From contig CAVZVA010000011.1 of assembly GCA_963778655.1 (NCBI GenBank), positions 384,001 to 448,000 of the forward strand: a DNA stretch of 64,000 bases, given 5' to 3'. Below, one piece after another: positions 39,919 through 49,435 of the stretch (the stretch's first letter is position 1; each line of letters opens with the position of its first letter). The stretch comes from an uncultured delta proteobacterium (GTDB taxonomy: Bacteria > Myxococcota_A > Polyangia > Polyangiales > JAFGIB01). Under the pieces are notes generated by a model. The model was not told where the DNA came from and did no database searches. It worked only from the letters and a program-made list of their open reading frames with translations. The translations under genes were made by a program, and so were the position numbers.

Positions 39919-40518
39919 CTACAGCAGCCCGCTGATGTGCGAGCTGCGGGGCAGGAACTCCAGGTGCAGCCGGTCGGTGAGCCCGACGTTGTGGAGGCTC
40001 TGACCGGGACGCGGGGGCTCGGGGCGCTCGGACTTGTGCAGCCCGCCGAACTCCTTGGGACGCGCCACCACGACCGGCACGTGCGCAATCCGCACCAGCT
40101 CCTCGGCAACCGAGCCGAGCAGCAGCTTTTCCATACCCTTGCGCCCGTGGGTGCCGACCACGATCATGTCGGCGTCGACATCCACGGCGACCTGATGGAT
40201 GGCCTTGGCAGGCTCGCCGATGCGGATGTGAAACACCGTCTCGACGGTAAAGGGCTGCCCGCCGCTCGGTGGCGCGCACACACTCGTGACATGATCCCGC
40301 AGCGCATCCAGCTTGGGGCGCAGACTGCGCGAGATCTCCTCGAGCCTCTTGGCGTCGTGCATGTCCGCCTCGGCCCGGATCACGTAGGTGACGTGGAGCT
40401 CGCTGTTCGCCAACTTCCGGGCTAGTGCGACCGCCTCGCGCAGGGCATGGTCCCCGGTTTCGGACAGGTCCGCGCCCACCACGATCCGGGTCTTGTCGTT
40501 GTCGCTGGCCTCGCTCAT
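39919..40518 (-). CDS. Universal stress protein
   Basis: IVVGADLSE and ADMIVVGTHGRKGMEKLLLGSVAEELVRIAHVPVVV. Confidence 0.92.
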   Translation of the reverse strand: MSEASDNDKTRIVVGADLSETGDHALREAVALARKLANSELHVTYVIRAEADMHDAKRLEEISRSLRPKLDALRDHVTSVCAPPSGGQPFTVETVFHIRIGEPAKAIHQVAVDVDADMIVVGTHGRKGMEKLLLGSVAEELVRIAHVPVVVARPKEFGGLHKSERPEPPRPGQSLHNVGLTDRLHLEFLPRSSHISGLL

Positions 40519-40642
40519 GGGATCCTCCGCGTCTCAGTTGCCGCTGACCGACAAATACACACGGTATGCGCAAACGCAACTGCCCCCAAGCGGCGTCTCC
40601 CGCGATCCCCTGAAGCGGGCACACGCGGCCCTGCCGCCAGGC

Positions 40643-41620
40643 TCAAAGCAGCTCGCACAGGGCGCGCTCCGGCCTTGCGCCGAAGTGAGAGATCACCTCG
40701 GCCGCGCAGGCGGCGCCCAAGCTCCCGCACTCGGCGGGGCCGAGACCGTGGGTATAGCCATAGAGGAAGCCCGCGGCGTACAGATCGCCGGCGCCGGTGG
40801 TGTCGGCCACCTCCGCCACGGGCACGGCCGCGACCGCGAAGGTCTCGTGGCCGACCAACACCACCGAGCCCTTCTCGCTCAGCGTGAGCGCGATCAGCTC
40901 GCAGCGCCCGCGCACGGCCGCCATCGCATCCTCGATGTGCGGCGCCTGATACAGCGAGCAGATCTCGTGCTCGTTGGCAAACAGGATGTCGACGTGCTGG
41001 TCGACCAGCTCCAGCAGCTCGCCGCGGTGGCGCTCCACGCAAAACGGGTCGGACAGGGAGAGCGAGACCTTGCGGCCGGCCTTCTCCGCGATCCGACAGG
41101 CCTTGAGGAAGGCCTCCTTGGCCCCCGCCGGATCCCACAGGTAGCCCTCCATGTACGTGACCTGGCTGCTGCGGACCAGCGCCTCGTCGATGTCCTCGGG
41201 TCCGAGCTCGCGGCACGCGCCCAGAAACGTGCCCATCGTGCGCTGCGCGTCCGGCGTCACCAGAATCAAGCAGCGCGCCGTCGGCGGTCCGTGCCGCGAG
41301 GCGGCGGTCTCGAACGACACGCCCACCGCCTGCAGGTCGTGGCGGAACACCTCGCCCAGCTGATCGTCGCGCACCTTGCCGACGTAGGCCGCGCGGCCGC
41401 CGAGCGACGCGATGCCCGCCATGGTATTGGCCGCCGAGCCTCCCGAAATCTCGATGCCCGAGCCCATCGACGCGTACAGCTCGTCCGCGCGTGGCTCGTC
41501 GATCAGCGCCATCGTGCCCTTGGTGAGCCCGCTGCGCAGCAGCAGCGCCTCGTCGGCGTGGCACAGCACGTCGACGATCGCATTGCCGATCCCGGTGACG
41601 TCGATGGAGGCCCCGGCCAT
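40643..41620 (-). CDS. PfkB family adenosine/carbohydrate kinase
   Basis: GNAIVD, SGGSAANT, LFANEHE and DTTGAGD. Confidence 0.92.
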   Translation of the reverse strand: MAGASIDVTGIGNAIVDVLCHADEALLLRSGLTKGTMALIDEPRADELYASMGSGIEISGGSAANTMAGIASLGGRAAYVGKVRDDQLGEVFRHDLQAVGVSFETAASRHGPPTARCLILVTPDAQRTMGTFLGACRELGPEDIDEALVRSSQVTYMEGYLWDPAGAKEAFLKACRIAEKAGRKVSLSLSDPFCVERHRGELLELVDQHVDILFANEHEICSLYQAPHIEDAMAAVRGRCELIALTLSEKGSVVLVGHETFAVAAVPVAEVADTTGAGDLYAAGFLYGYTHGLGPAECGSLGAACAAEVISHFGARPERALCELL

Positions 41621-41624
41621 GGCC

Positions 41625-41843
41625 TCACTTGTGCCGGTAGACGATCATGCCGTGGCTGAGGTCGTAGGGGGACAGGGCCACGGTCACCCGGTCACCCAGG
41701 ATCACGCGGATGCGGTTCTTGCGCATGCGGCCGCTGAGCTGGGCCCGCACCACCGCTCCCGCGTCGGTCTTCACCTCGAACTGGCCGCCCGCGTAGACCT
41801 GTGTCACCACGCCGTCGAGCTGTACATGGTCGTCGCGAGTCAG
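41625..41843 (-). CDS. infA: Translation initiation factor IF-1 (putative CTG start)
   Basis: SGRMRKNRIRVILGDRVTVALSPYDLSHGMIVYR. Extending to the CTG at 41843 gives 72 aa, with GGAGG 5 nt upstream. Confidence 0.92.
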   Translation of the reverse strand: MTRDDHVQLDGVVTQVYAGGQFEVKTDAGAVVRAQLSGRMRKNRIRVILGDRVTVALSPYDLSHGMIVYRHK

Positions 41844-42234
41844 GTCATCCTCCGCAGCTGCCCCGCCGGAGCCGGGGGCAGCGGGGCGTATTCCTAGTCG
41901 TTTCTGCGCCGGAGCGCAACGCGAAAGGCTGGCGTGCCGGGGCCTCGCGAGCGCGCGCGATCAGCGCTCGGCGCCGCTGCGATCGGCGCGAGCACGGCGG
42001 ACCTGGGGCCTGCCTCGGCGCGCGCCCGGCCGGCGCCCGCGCGGGCGTGGGACCAACGCGGCTCGATCGCCAAAATCTGCGGGATTTCTGGGGGTTGCAC
42101 CGGACACTCGCGATTGCCAAGCAGAGCGTGACGCCGCCACGCGATGAAATTGCCGCGCCGTGCGTTGATCAGGGCAGTCGACGCAGCTTTCGGCCGCGGC
42201 CCGCTGCCTCGGCCTCACTTCGGAGGACAATCCA

Positions 42235-43713
42235 ATGGCCTATCGCAAGCTCCTGGGAGCGTTGAGTCTCGGTCTGTGCCTGGCGTGCAGCAGCCTGGCC
42301 TCCACCCAGCACGCAGCCAGCAACAACGGCACGCCCGCCGCCAACAACGCTCCGGCGGCGGCGGTCAAGCCCGGCCCGGTGGCCGAGAACGACTTCCGCC
42401 ACCAGTTCATCGCCGTCGCCAAAACCGTGCGCCCCTCGGTGGTCGCCGTCACCTCGACCAGCACGGTCGACGTGAGCTCGCCCTTCGAGGGCAGCCCGTT
42501 CGAGTTCTTCTTTCACGGCTTCCAGCATCCCGAAAAGCAGCGCAGGCAGGGCATCGGGAGTGGCGTGATCGTCGATCCGCGCGGCTACGTCCTCACCAAC
42601 AACCACGTGGTCGCAGACGCCGACGAGATCAAAGTGGTGCTCAAGGACGATCGCCAGCTCGAAGCCAAGGTGGTCGGCACCGATCCCAAGACCGACGTCG
42701 CCGTGATCAAGGTCAACTTGAACGATGCCAAGGGCGAGAAGCTTCCTGCCGCCGCGCTCGGCGACTCCGACAAGCTCGACGTAGGCGAGTGGGTGATGGC
42801 GGTGGGCAGCCCCTTCGGGCTCACCCAGACGGTCAGCGCGGGCATCGTGAGCGCGGTGGGCCGCGGCCACGTCGGCATCGCCGAGTACGAGGACTTCATC
42901 CAGACCGACGCCGCGATCAACCCGGGCAATTCGGGCGGTCCGCTGGTCAATCTCGAAGGTCAAGTGGTGGGCATCAACACCGCGATCGCCTCGCAGAACG
43001 GCGGCAACAACGGCGTCGGCTTCGCGATCCCGATCAACATGGCCAAGTCGGTGATGGACCAGCTGATCCAGCACGGCAAGGTCACGCGCGGCTACCTCGG
43101 CGTCTACATCGGCGACGTCACCGAAGATCTGGCCAAGTCCTTCGACTACCAGGGCAAGGGCGGCGTGCTGGTGCAGGATGTCTCGCCCGGTGGCCCGGGC
43201 GCCAAGGCCGGGCTCAAGGCCGGCGACATCATCATCGAGCGTGACGGGAAGCCGGCCGGCGACGTGGTCACCTTCCGCAACGGCATCGCGCAGTCGCCGC
43301 CCGGCACCCTGGTTGCGCTGACGGTGTGGCGCGGGGGCAAACGCGTCACGCTCAAGGCAAAGCTGGAAGAGCTGCCCGCGGACCACAGCGGCAAGGGCGG
43401 CCACGCCGGCTCGAGCAGCAGCAGCGGCGGCGGACGCGGGCTCGGCCTCGCGGACATCGACGATCAGCTCAAGCAGCGCTTCGACATCGAGACCGACCGC
43501 GGCGCGGTGGTCGTGCGGGTCGAGCCGGATTCCCCGGCGGGCCGCGCGGGCCTGCGCCCCGGAGACGTGATCGCGCAGGTGGGCGGCGACGAGGTCAAGG
43601 ACGCGCGCGACGCCGCGCGCCTGATGGGCCGCGCCGATGCGAGCAAGCCGCTGCGGCTGCGCGTGATCCGCGAGGGCCACGGCATGTTCGTCATCCTGCC
43701 GCCCTCGAAATAG
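42235..43713 (+). CDS. DegP/HtrA (Do family) serine protease with two PDZ domains
   Basis: GSGVI, TNNHVV, DVAVIK and [15 protein letters not shown]; signal or lipoprotein peptide. Confidence 0.94.
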   Translation: MAYRKLLGALSLGLCLACSSLASTQHAASNNGTPAANNAPAAAVKPGPVAENDFRHQFIAVAKTVRPSVVAVTSTSTVDVSSPFEGSPFEFFFHGFQHPEKQRRQGIGSGVIVDPRGYVLTNNHVVADADEIKVVLKDDRQLEAKVVGTDPKTDVAVIKVNLNDAKGEKLPAAALGDSDKLDVGEWVMAVGSPFGLTQTVSAGIVSAVGRGHVGIAEYEDFIQTDAAINPGNSGGPLVNLEGQVVGINTAIASQNGGNNGVGFAIPINMAKSVMDQLIQHGKVTRGYLGVYIGDVTEDLAKSFDYQGKGGVLVQDVSPGGPGAKAGLKAGDIIIERDGKPAGDVVTFRNGIAQSPPGTLVALTVWRGGKRVTLKAKLEELPADHSGKGGHAGSSSSSGGGRGLGLADIDDQLKQRFDIETDRGAVVVRVEPDSPAGRAGLRPGDVIAQVGGDEVKDARDAARLMGRADASKPLRLRVIREGHGMFVILPPSK

Positions 43714-43723
43714 CGCGCCCCCA

Positions 43724-43763
43724 AAGACGGGAAGCACGAGAGCCCCCTTGTGCTTCCCGTCTT
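43724..43763. repeat. Family D-related hairpin (possible terminator)
   Basis: Perfect 14-bp stem AAGACGGGAAGCAC / GTGCTTCCCGTCTT, 10 bp after the protease stop. Confidence 0.7.
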
Positions 43764-43825
43764 CCCCTTGGCCCCCATGTCAGGGCAGCGTTGCGTCCGG
43801 CCCCAAAATGGCTAGAAGAGGCGCC

Positions 43826-44162
43826 ATGGCTACCTGGAAGAAGACGGCGAGGTTCGCGATCGGGGACGTCGTCCAGCACCGGCGCTACCCGTTCCGGGGC
43901 GTGGTGTTCGGGATCGACCCGACCTTCAACAACAGCGAGGAGTGGTGGCAAGCAATTCCTGCCGACGTGCGCCCCGCCAAGGACCAGCCGTTCTATCACC
44001 TGCTCGCGGAAAACGACCGCACCACCTACGTGGCCTACGTCTCCGAGCAGAACCTGCGCCTGGATCGCTCGGGTCATCCCTGCCGCCACCCCGAGAATCA
44101 GGAGCCACTTCTCCCACTTCGAGAACGGACGCTACTTCCCCAGACCGAGAACCCTCAACTGA
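43826..44162 (+). CDS. hspQ: Heat shock protein HspQ (YccV-like), frameshifted near 44096
   Basis: ARFAIGDVVQHRRYPFRGVVFGIDP, KDQPFYHLLAE and YVSEQNL. The tail IRSHFSHFENGRY is in the +1 frame. Confidence 0.88.
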
Positions 44163-44210
44163 TCCACCGCGCCCCCAGTCATGGGCGTGGCGTGGTCGAA
44201 GCCGCTCCCG

Positions 44211-45602
44211 CTACAGCGCCTGCGACCTGAACACCACCATGCGCTCGAGCGTCATGTCGCGCATCGAGTAGCCGATGCCGCCGACGCCGAGGCCGGACTG
44301 GCGGTGTCCGCCGAACGGCATCCAATCGACGCGGAACGCGGTGTGGTCGTTGACCATCACCGCCATCCCATCGAGGCGGCGCGCGCTGTCGAGCGCGACC
44401 TCCAGATCGCGCGTGAACACCGCAGCCTGGAAGTAGACGTCGGGCGCGTTGGCACGCCGGATCGCCTCGAGCCGGTCGTGGTAGCGATAGATGGCGACGA
44501 CCGGCCCGAAGACCTCGCTGGTCGAGACCTCGACGTCGTCCGGCGGATCGAGCACCACGGTTGGCGCGTAGCAGGTCTCGGACAACGGACGGCCGCCGCA
44601 CAGCAGCTGGCCTCCCCGCTGCACCGCGTGCTGCACCCAGGCATGCACGCGCTGCACCTCGCGCGGGCGGATCAAGGGGCCGACCTCGGTGCTTTCCTGC
44701 TCTGGGTCGCCCACGCGCAGCCGCTCCACGGCCGCCACGAAGTCGCGGCAGAAGCGCTCCGCGATACTGTGCTCGACGTAGACCCGCTGCACCGACACAC
44801 ACACCTGGCCGGCATGGTAGTAGCCGCCTTTGACCAGCAACGGAATGCAAGCGTCGAGGTCCGCGCTGCGATCGACCAGCACCGGGGCGAGCCCGCCGTG
44901 CTCGAGCGCGCAGTGGGCGCCCGGCGCGAGCTTGCTGCGCAGGTGCCAGCCGACACGCGCCGAGCCGATAAAGGACAGGAAGCTCACCCGCGAGTCGGAC
45001 ACCAGCTTCTCGGTCACCTCGTTCTCGAGCAGCAGCATGCGGCAGTAGTCCGACGAGAGCCCGGCCTCGTACAGGATGTCCACCAGCGTCCGACAGGACA
45101 GCGGCGTGGTGGACGCGGGCTTGACCAGCACCGGACAGCCTGCGGCGACCGCGGTGACCGCCTGGTGAACGATCAGGTTGAACGGATGGTTGAAGGCGCT
45201 GATCGCGAGCACCACGCCGCGCGGCTCACGCCAGGTCACCGCGTAACGATGCCCGGACGACTCGGTGATGCCCATCGGGATCTCGCGGCCCGCCAGCTGG
45301 CTGAGCTCGCGCGCCGCGACCCGCAGGCCATCGACGCCGCGCCGCACCTCGACCCTGGAATCGAGCAATGGCTTGCCGCCCTCGCGCGCTGCCTGGCGCG
45401 CAATCGCCTCGGCCCGCGACTCGACCAGCGCCGCCGCGCGCTCGAGAATCGCAATGCGCTGGTGCGCCGGCAGCCAGCGCTCGCGCTCGCGATGCAGGGC
45501 GTGCGCGCGCTCCAGCGCATCGAAAGCCTCGGCCTCGCTCTGCGTGGACAGGGTCGCGAGCGGCTTGCCATCATAGGCGCCGATGACCTGGAGCTGGCTC
45601 AT
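44211..45602 (-). CDS. Aldehyde dehydrogenase
   Basis: AFNHP, KPASTTP, FIGSARVG, LEHGG, GQVCVS, EVFGPV and MPFGG. Confidence 0.93.
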   Translation of the reverse strand: MSQLQVIGAYDGKPLATLSTQSEAEAFDALERAHALHRERERWLPAHQRIAILERAAALVESRAEAIARQAAREGGKPLLDSRVEVRRGVDGLRVAARELSQLAGREIPMGITESSGHRYAVTWREPRGVVLAISAFNHPFNLIVHQAVTAVAAGCPVLVKPASTTPLSCRTLVDILYEAGLSSDYCRMLLLENEVTEKLVSDSRVSFLSFIGSARVGWHLRSKLAPGAHCALEHGGLAPVLVDRSADLDACIPLLVKGGYYHAGQVCVSVQRVYVEHSIAERFCRDFVAAVERLRVGDPEQESTEVGPLIRPREVQRVHAWVQHAVQRGGQLLCGGRPLSETCYAPTVVLDPPDDVEVSTSEVFGPVVAIYRYHDRLEAIRRANAPDVYFQAAVFTRDLEVALDSARRLDGMAVMVNDHTAFRVDWMPFGGHRQSGLGVGGIGYSMRDMTLERMVVFRSQAL

Positions 45603-45627
45603 GAGGTTGGCTGTCCTCGCGGCGGGG

Positions 45628-46017
45628 TCAGTGTTTGTCGGCCGAGGTATACGCGGGATGCTCGGGCACGTTCTCGGCCGGCAGCAGCTCGAGCTTGCTG
45701 GCCACGAAGCGATCGCCGCGGATCACTCCGTCGACCACCGCCTTGCGCGGCATGTTGCAGGTGCCGTCCGGAGCGTGGCTGTCGAAGCCCTGCGGCATCT
45801 TGCCCTGGTAGAAGTAGCGCTTGTGGTCGATCTCCACCGCCCACGGACAACCCTGCACGTGGGGCATGTGAAACACGCAGCGCGCGCAGGCCACGATCAC
45901 GGTGCGGCCGACGACCTTCTGCTCGGGCTCGCGATGGCATGCCGCCGCAGCCCACAGCAGGCCCAGCCCACACGCGGACGCGAGGGCCACCCGCCGCGCT
46001 CTTGGAGCAACCTGCAT
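45628..46017 (-). CDS. DUF6370-like Cys/His lipoprotein
   Basis: Lipobox AAAC; ACARC...GC..AVEID...HAPDGTCN.PRKA...G...RFVA pattern recalled for DUF6370. Confidence 0.7.
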   Translation of the reverse strand: MQVAPRARRVALASACGLGLLWAAAACHREPEQKVVGRTVIVACARCVFHMPHVQGCPWAVEIDHKRYFYQGKMPQGFDSHAPDGTCNMPRKAVVDGVIRGDRFVASKLELLPAENVPEHPAYTSADKH

Positions 46018-46105
46018 CGTGGCTGGGCCTAGCGCGCATGCGCCGCAGCCGCAAGCCGAGCGCCGAAATCGGCACGCGCGCGATCAGGCCGGGCCGCGAG
46101 GCCAG

Positions 46106-46858
46106 TCAGTCGCAGGCGACCGTCACCACGCGTCCGAGCGCGCCGCGGTCGCTGCCGAGGTGCAACCACACGCACTCGGCGGCGCTTGGCGGGCCAGCGT
46201 CGGCGTGCGTCCGCGCCGCCGCCTGAACAAGATTGCCGAGATAGCGATTGCTCGGTCCGTACAGCCCGCCGCGGTCGTCGAGCGAGTAGCGCCCGGCGAA
46301 GCCCCGCAAGCCCTCGCGCGGCCAATCCAGCAACCTGGCCAGATCGCGCAGCTCGGTCGCGGTCAGCTCGCGGCCGTTGACCAGCACCTCCGTGCCGCCG
46401 CTGGAGCCGGCGCGGGGCAACGTTGCGGCGCGCAGCCTTGGCTGCGTCAAGCCGCTGGCGCCGTGACCGGCCAGACCCCACAGCCCACTCTGCGCGTCGT
46501 ACCAGTAGCGGCCGGGCTCGGGCCGGGCGCCCAGCCGCGCCTCCAGCTCGCGCAGGTCGGGCTCGGCAAGCTGGGTGCCGTTGACGATCACCGCCGTGGC
46601 CGCCGCTGCGGCAGACGTGGCCGCGGCAGCCGCGCTCGGACCCGCGGGCTGGGGTTGCGGCGCGGGCGAGGCGGCCGGGACCGGCGCGGCGGCGTGCGGC
46701 GCGGCGGCCGCCGCACCGGGCCGGACCGCGGGCGACGGCGCGGGCCGCTCCTGGCCGGCGCTCGAAGGTGCCGCGGCCGCGGCGACCGGCTCCTGGTAGC
46801 CGCGCGGGCTGCCGCAGGCGAGTAGTACCGCGCAGGCCAAGGTGCCGAGCGTGCGCAT
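46106..46858 (-). CDS. Lipoprotein with 'YWYD' domain similar to plant XLG/EDR4 proteins
   Basis: Lipobox LLAC, Pro/Ala linker, VNG...PGRYWYDAQSGLWG...GGTEVLVNGREL. Confidence 0.75.
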   Translation of the reverse strand: MRTLGTLACAVLLACGSPRGYQEPVAAAAAPSSAGQERPAPSPAVRPGAAAAAPHAAAPVPAASPAPQPQPAGPSAAAAATSAAAAATAVIVNGTQLAEPDLRELEARLGARPEPGRYWYDAQSGLWGLAGHGASGLTQPRLRAATLPRAGSSGGTEVLVNGRELTATELRDLARLLDWPREGLRGFAGRYSLDDRGGLYGPSNRYLGNLVQAAARTHADAGPPSAAECVWLHLGSDRGALGRVVTVACD

Positions 46859-46909
46859 TGGGGCCTCCTTACATAGCAGAGTCCGCGGCGGCCGCTCTGC
46901 GCCGGGCGC

Positions 46910-47320
46910 TCAGCGGCGGCGTACCGGGCCGCTCTCGGTCTCGGTACGAAAGCGCCTGAACGCGGCGCGCAGCGACGGACGCAAGGCTTGCTCGAGAAAG
47001 CTCGCGCCGCCGCTGATCTTCAGCACCACCAGGTCGGCCTGGACGTCGCGCGCCAGCGCCGTGAACTCCTCGGGATCGAACGCGAAGATGTCCTGGCTCA
47101 GCACCAGCGCGAACGGCCGCAGGCTGGTTGCCATCGACGCCACGCTGGCCGCGCCGCAGGCCTCGACCGTGATCATCGGGCTCTCCGCGGTCGCGACCTG
47201 CCGACTGGCCGCGACCAGCTCGTCTGGGCCTCCGGCCACCAGCACCACCGCCGCGCGCACGGGGCGCAAGGTCGAGTCGTCGCCGAGATCTGAGCGAGCG
47301 GGCTTGGGCTTGTCGACCAT
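46910..47320 (-). CDS. Hypothetical protein (possibly a degenerate receiver-like fold)
   Basis: Alternating beta/alpha pattern (VVLVAGG, LRPFALVL) with coding-like codon usage. Confidence 0.6.
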   Translation of the reverse strand: MVDKPKPARSDLGDDSTLRPVRAAVVLVAGGPDELVAASRQVATAESPMITVEACGAASVASMATSLRPFALVLSQDIFAFDPEEFTALARDVQADLVVLKISGGASFLEQALRPSLRAAFRRFRTETESGPVRRR

Positions 47321-47439
47321 CTCGGGTCTTCGTTACAGGCACGGCTCCGGCCACGTCAACACGGGATCTCACGCGGCGCGCACGATCCTGGCGCCGCGCA
47401 AGCTCCGCCTCGCCAGCACTAGCCAAATCACGTCAGGCC

Positions 47440-47466
47440 GCGGGCCTCGGTCATACCGAGGCCCGC
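47440..47466 (-). terminator. Hairpin downstream of the monooxygenase genes
   Basis: Perfect 12-bp stem GCGGGCCTCGGT-CAT-ACCGAGGCCCGC; no U-tract. Confidence 0.45.
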
Positions 47467-47515
47467 CGCGCGTGAGGCCGGTGAGGCGGGCGGAGTCCCG
47501 AGACTCCGGCAGCCC

Positions 47516-49087
47516 TCACCAGCAGGTGTTGGTCGCGCCGATCAAGCTGAAGACGCCGTTGTCGAGCGCGTGAGCCGGAGAGGCGAACGCGAACTGGTAG
47601 CACATCTCCTGCTCCGTCGAGGGGCCGAACGGCACGCTGTTGGCAGTGTCGTTATTGAACGTGCAGGTCGAGGTGATGGTGTCGCCAGGGTACAGGTCCA
47701 CGCTGGTGTCGTAATGGACCTGATGGTTGAAATCGAAGGGCTTGTTGAAGACCTCGGTGTCCACCCCGTTGTGGGTGACGACCGAGGTCATGTTCACGCC
47801 GAGAAAGTGCATGTGCGGCCAGAAGAAGAAGATGTGAATCGGATCGGTCGCGTTCATGCCGGTGCGGCTGGGATCGCAGGTGCCGCCGTACTTGCTCACC
47901 TGGCCGGGCGGCATGCCGATCGGACCGTTGAAGTTCTCACTGCCGAGCCAGGTGATCGAGCCGCTCTTGGGCCGCGTGCCCGCGGGCACGGTGCAGACCT
48001 GCACCGCGGTGCCGTCCTGCTGTGCTGTGCCGGTGCTGTTGAAGAAGTGCCACTGCAGGTTGAGGTTGATTCCCTGGCCGGGGTCCGGCAGCTCGAAACC
48101 GACGTCGCTCGGCATGGTCACGTTGTGGCCGCCGACCGCCCAGCCCGCGATCAGGGCGGCGCCGGGATCGCCGAGCTGCGTGCCGATCACGGTCTCGTGG
48201 AAGCCGTTGGGCTGGCCGGTGGTGCTGGTGAACAGCAGCCAGTGGTGCAACACCGCGAGGTTGTCGAACTTGGCGCCGAAGCGCGTGCCCTGGCTGCCGG
48301 CCGGCCAGGGGATGTCGAAATAGAACTGCTCGTAGTGCTCGCCCGCGTCGACGGTGTACTTGCCATCCACACTGGTGGTGGATTGGTGGGTGAGCAGGTC
48401 GTAGCAAGTCTCGCCCGGCATCGCGACCAGCGGTGCCATGTCGCCGCCGGCTTCGCCGCCAGCGGTGGTGTCCGGGCCGGGCATGGCCGCGGCACAGCTC
48501 TTGTCCGCATCGGTGCCGGGCGTCGCGTCGGCCTGGAACCAGGTGTTGAGCGTGCTCAGATCGGCTGCGGGCAGGCCTCCGCCAGGCGGCATCGGCTTCA
48601 TCGGGTCGTTGATGCGCATCTGCGCGAGCTGGTAGACCTTGAGCTCGGGGCGGGTCTTGGCCGGCTTGTGGAAGTCGTCGTAGGTCAGCAGCGACATCGG
48701 TGCGCCGCCGATCGGGGTGACACCGTGGCAGGTCTGGCAGTTGTTCTTGACCGCGGTAGCGACGCTGCACGGCAGTGGCATGCCGGTCGCCGTGGGGGCA
48801 ACCGGGCCGCCGACGGTCCCGCCTGTACTGCCACCGGTGCCGGGGTTCTGCGTGGTCCCCGTGTTCACGCCGCCGCCGCCGTTCTGGGTGGCGCCCGGCA
48901 GCACGCCGCTACCTGCGGCGCCGAGCGCGCCCGGCGTCGTGGTCATGCCCGACACACCTGGATCGCCGACCGGGCGGTCCTGCGATCCTGATGAGCCCGC
49001 GCTGCCGCAACCTGCGCTGGCAAGCCCGAGGACCATGCCGAGCACCACCACCCCCAGCCCGACTCCCAAACCGCCATGCTGGCCCAT
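47516..49087 (-). CDS. Lipoprotein: cytochrome c domain plus copper type II (PHM/DBM-like) monooxygenase, paralog 1
   Basis: SAGC lipobox, CQTCH...MPP, LHHWLL, LQWHF, PHMHFLG and EMC. Confidence 0.85.
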   Translation of the reverse strand: MGQHGGLGVGLGVVVLGMVLGLASAGCGSAGSSGSQDRPVGDPGVSGMTTTPGALGAAGSGVLPGATQNGGGGVNTGTTQNPGTGGSTGGTVGGPVAPTATGMPLPCSVATAVKNNCQTCHGVTPIGGAPMSLLTYDDFHKPAKTRPELKVYQLAQMRINDPMKPMPPGGGLPAADLSTLNTWFQADATPGTDADKSCAAAMPGPDTTAGGEAGGDMAPLVAMPGETCYDLLTHQSTTSVDGKYTVDAGEHYEQFYFDIPWPAGSQGTRFGAKFDNLAVLHHWLLFTSTTGQPNGFHETVIGTQLGDPGAALIAGWAVGGHNVTMPSDVGFELPDPGQGINLNLQWHFFNSTGTAQQDGTAVQVCTVPAGTRPKSGSITWLGSENFNGPIGMPPGQVSKYGGTCDPSRTGMNATDPIHIFFFWPHMHFLGVNMTSVVTHNGVDTEVFNKPFDFNHQVHYDTSVDLYPGDTITSTCTFNNDTANSVPFGPSTEQEMCYQFAFASPAHALDNGVFSLIGATNTCW

Positions 49088-49212
49088 AATCTTAGCCTCT
49101 CAAACCCATGAGCTCCGACCCTATGCCAGTTTCGTACACAACGCCGGCAAACGCACTGTCCGCAGCTGCCAAAATCAATCGCGGATTCGGCCAATGCCGA
49201 GCGAGTGCTCTA

Positions 49213-49264
49213 GTAACTAACTGAAATTATTATACCATAGACATACGGAGGCGTTTGCGACGAG
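49213..49264 (-). promoter_or_regulatory. Conserved AT-rich promoter/operator, copy 1
   Basis: 39/52 ungapped identity to 51195-51246; the minus strand contains the extended -10 TGgTATAAT. Confidence 0.7.
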
Positions 49265-49435
49265 TTACCGTTGCGGCCGCTGCAGCCCCCACCGCGGGGC
49301 GCACGCCCACCCTCGCCGGGGTCCCAATCTGGAGGCAGGGAACTCCGCTTCAGGCGCGGTGTGTCGCTACAGGCGCGCGGGCATGGCTGCCCACCTGGGC
49401 CCGGCCCGGCGCAGCACGGAAAGCGGCGGGCCACC

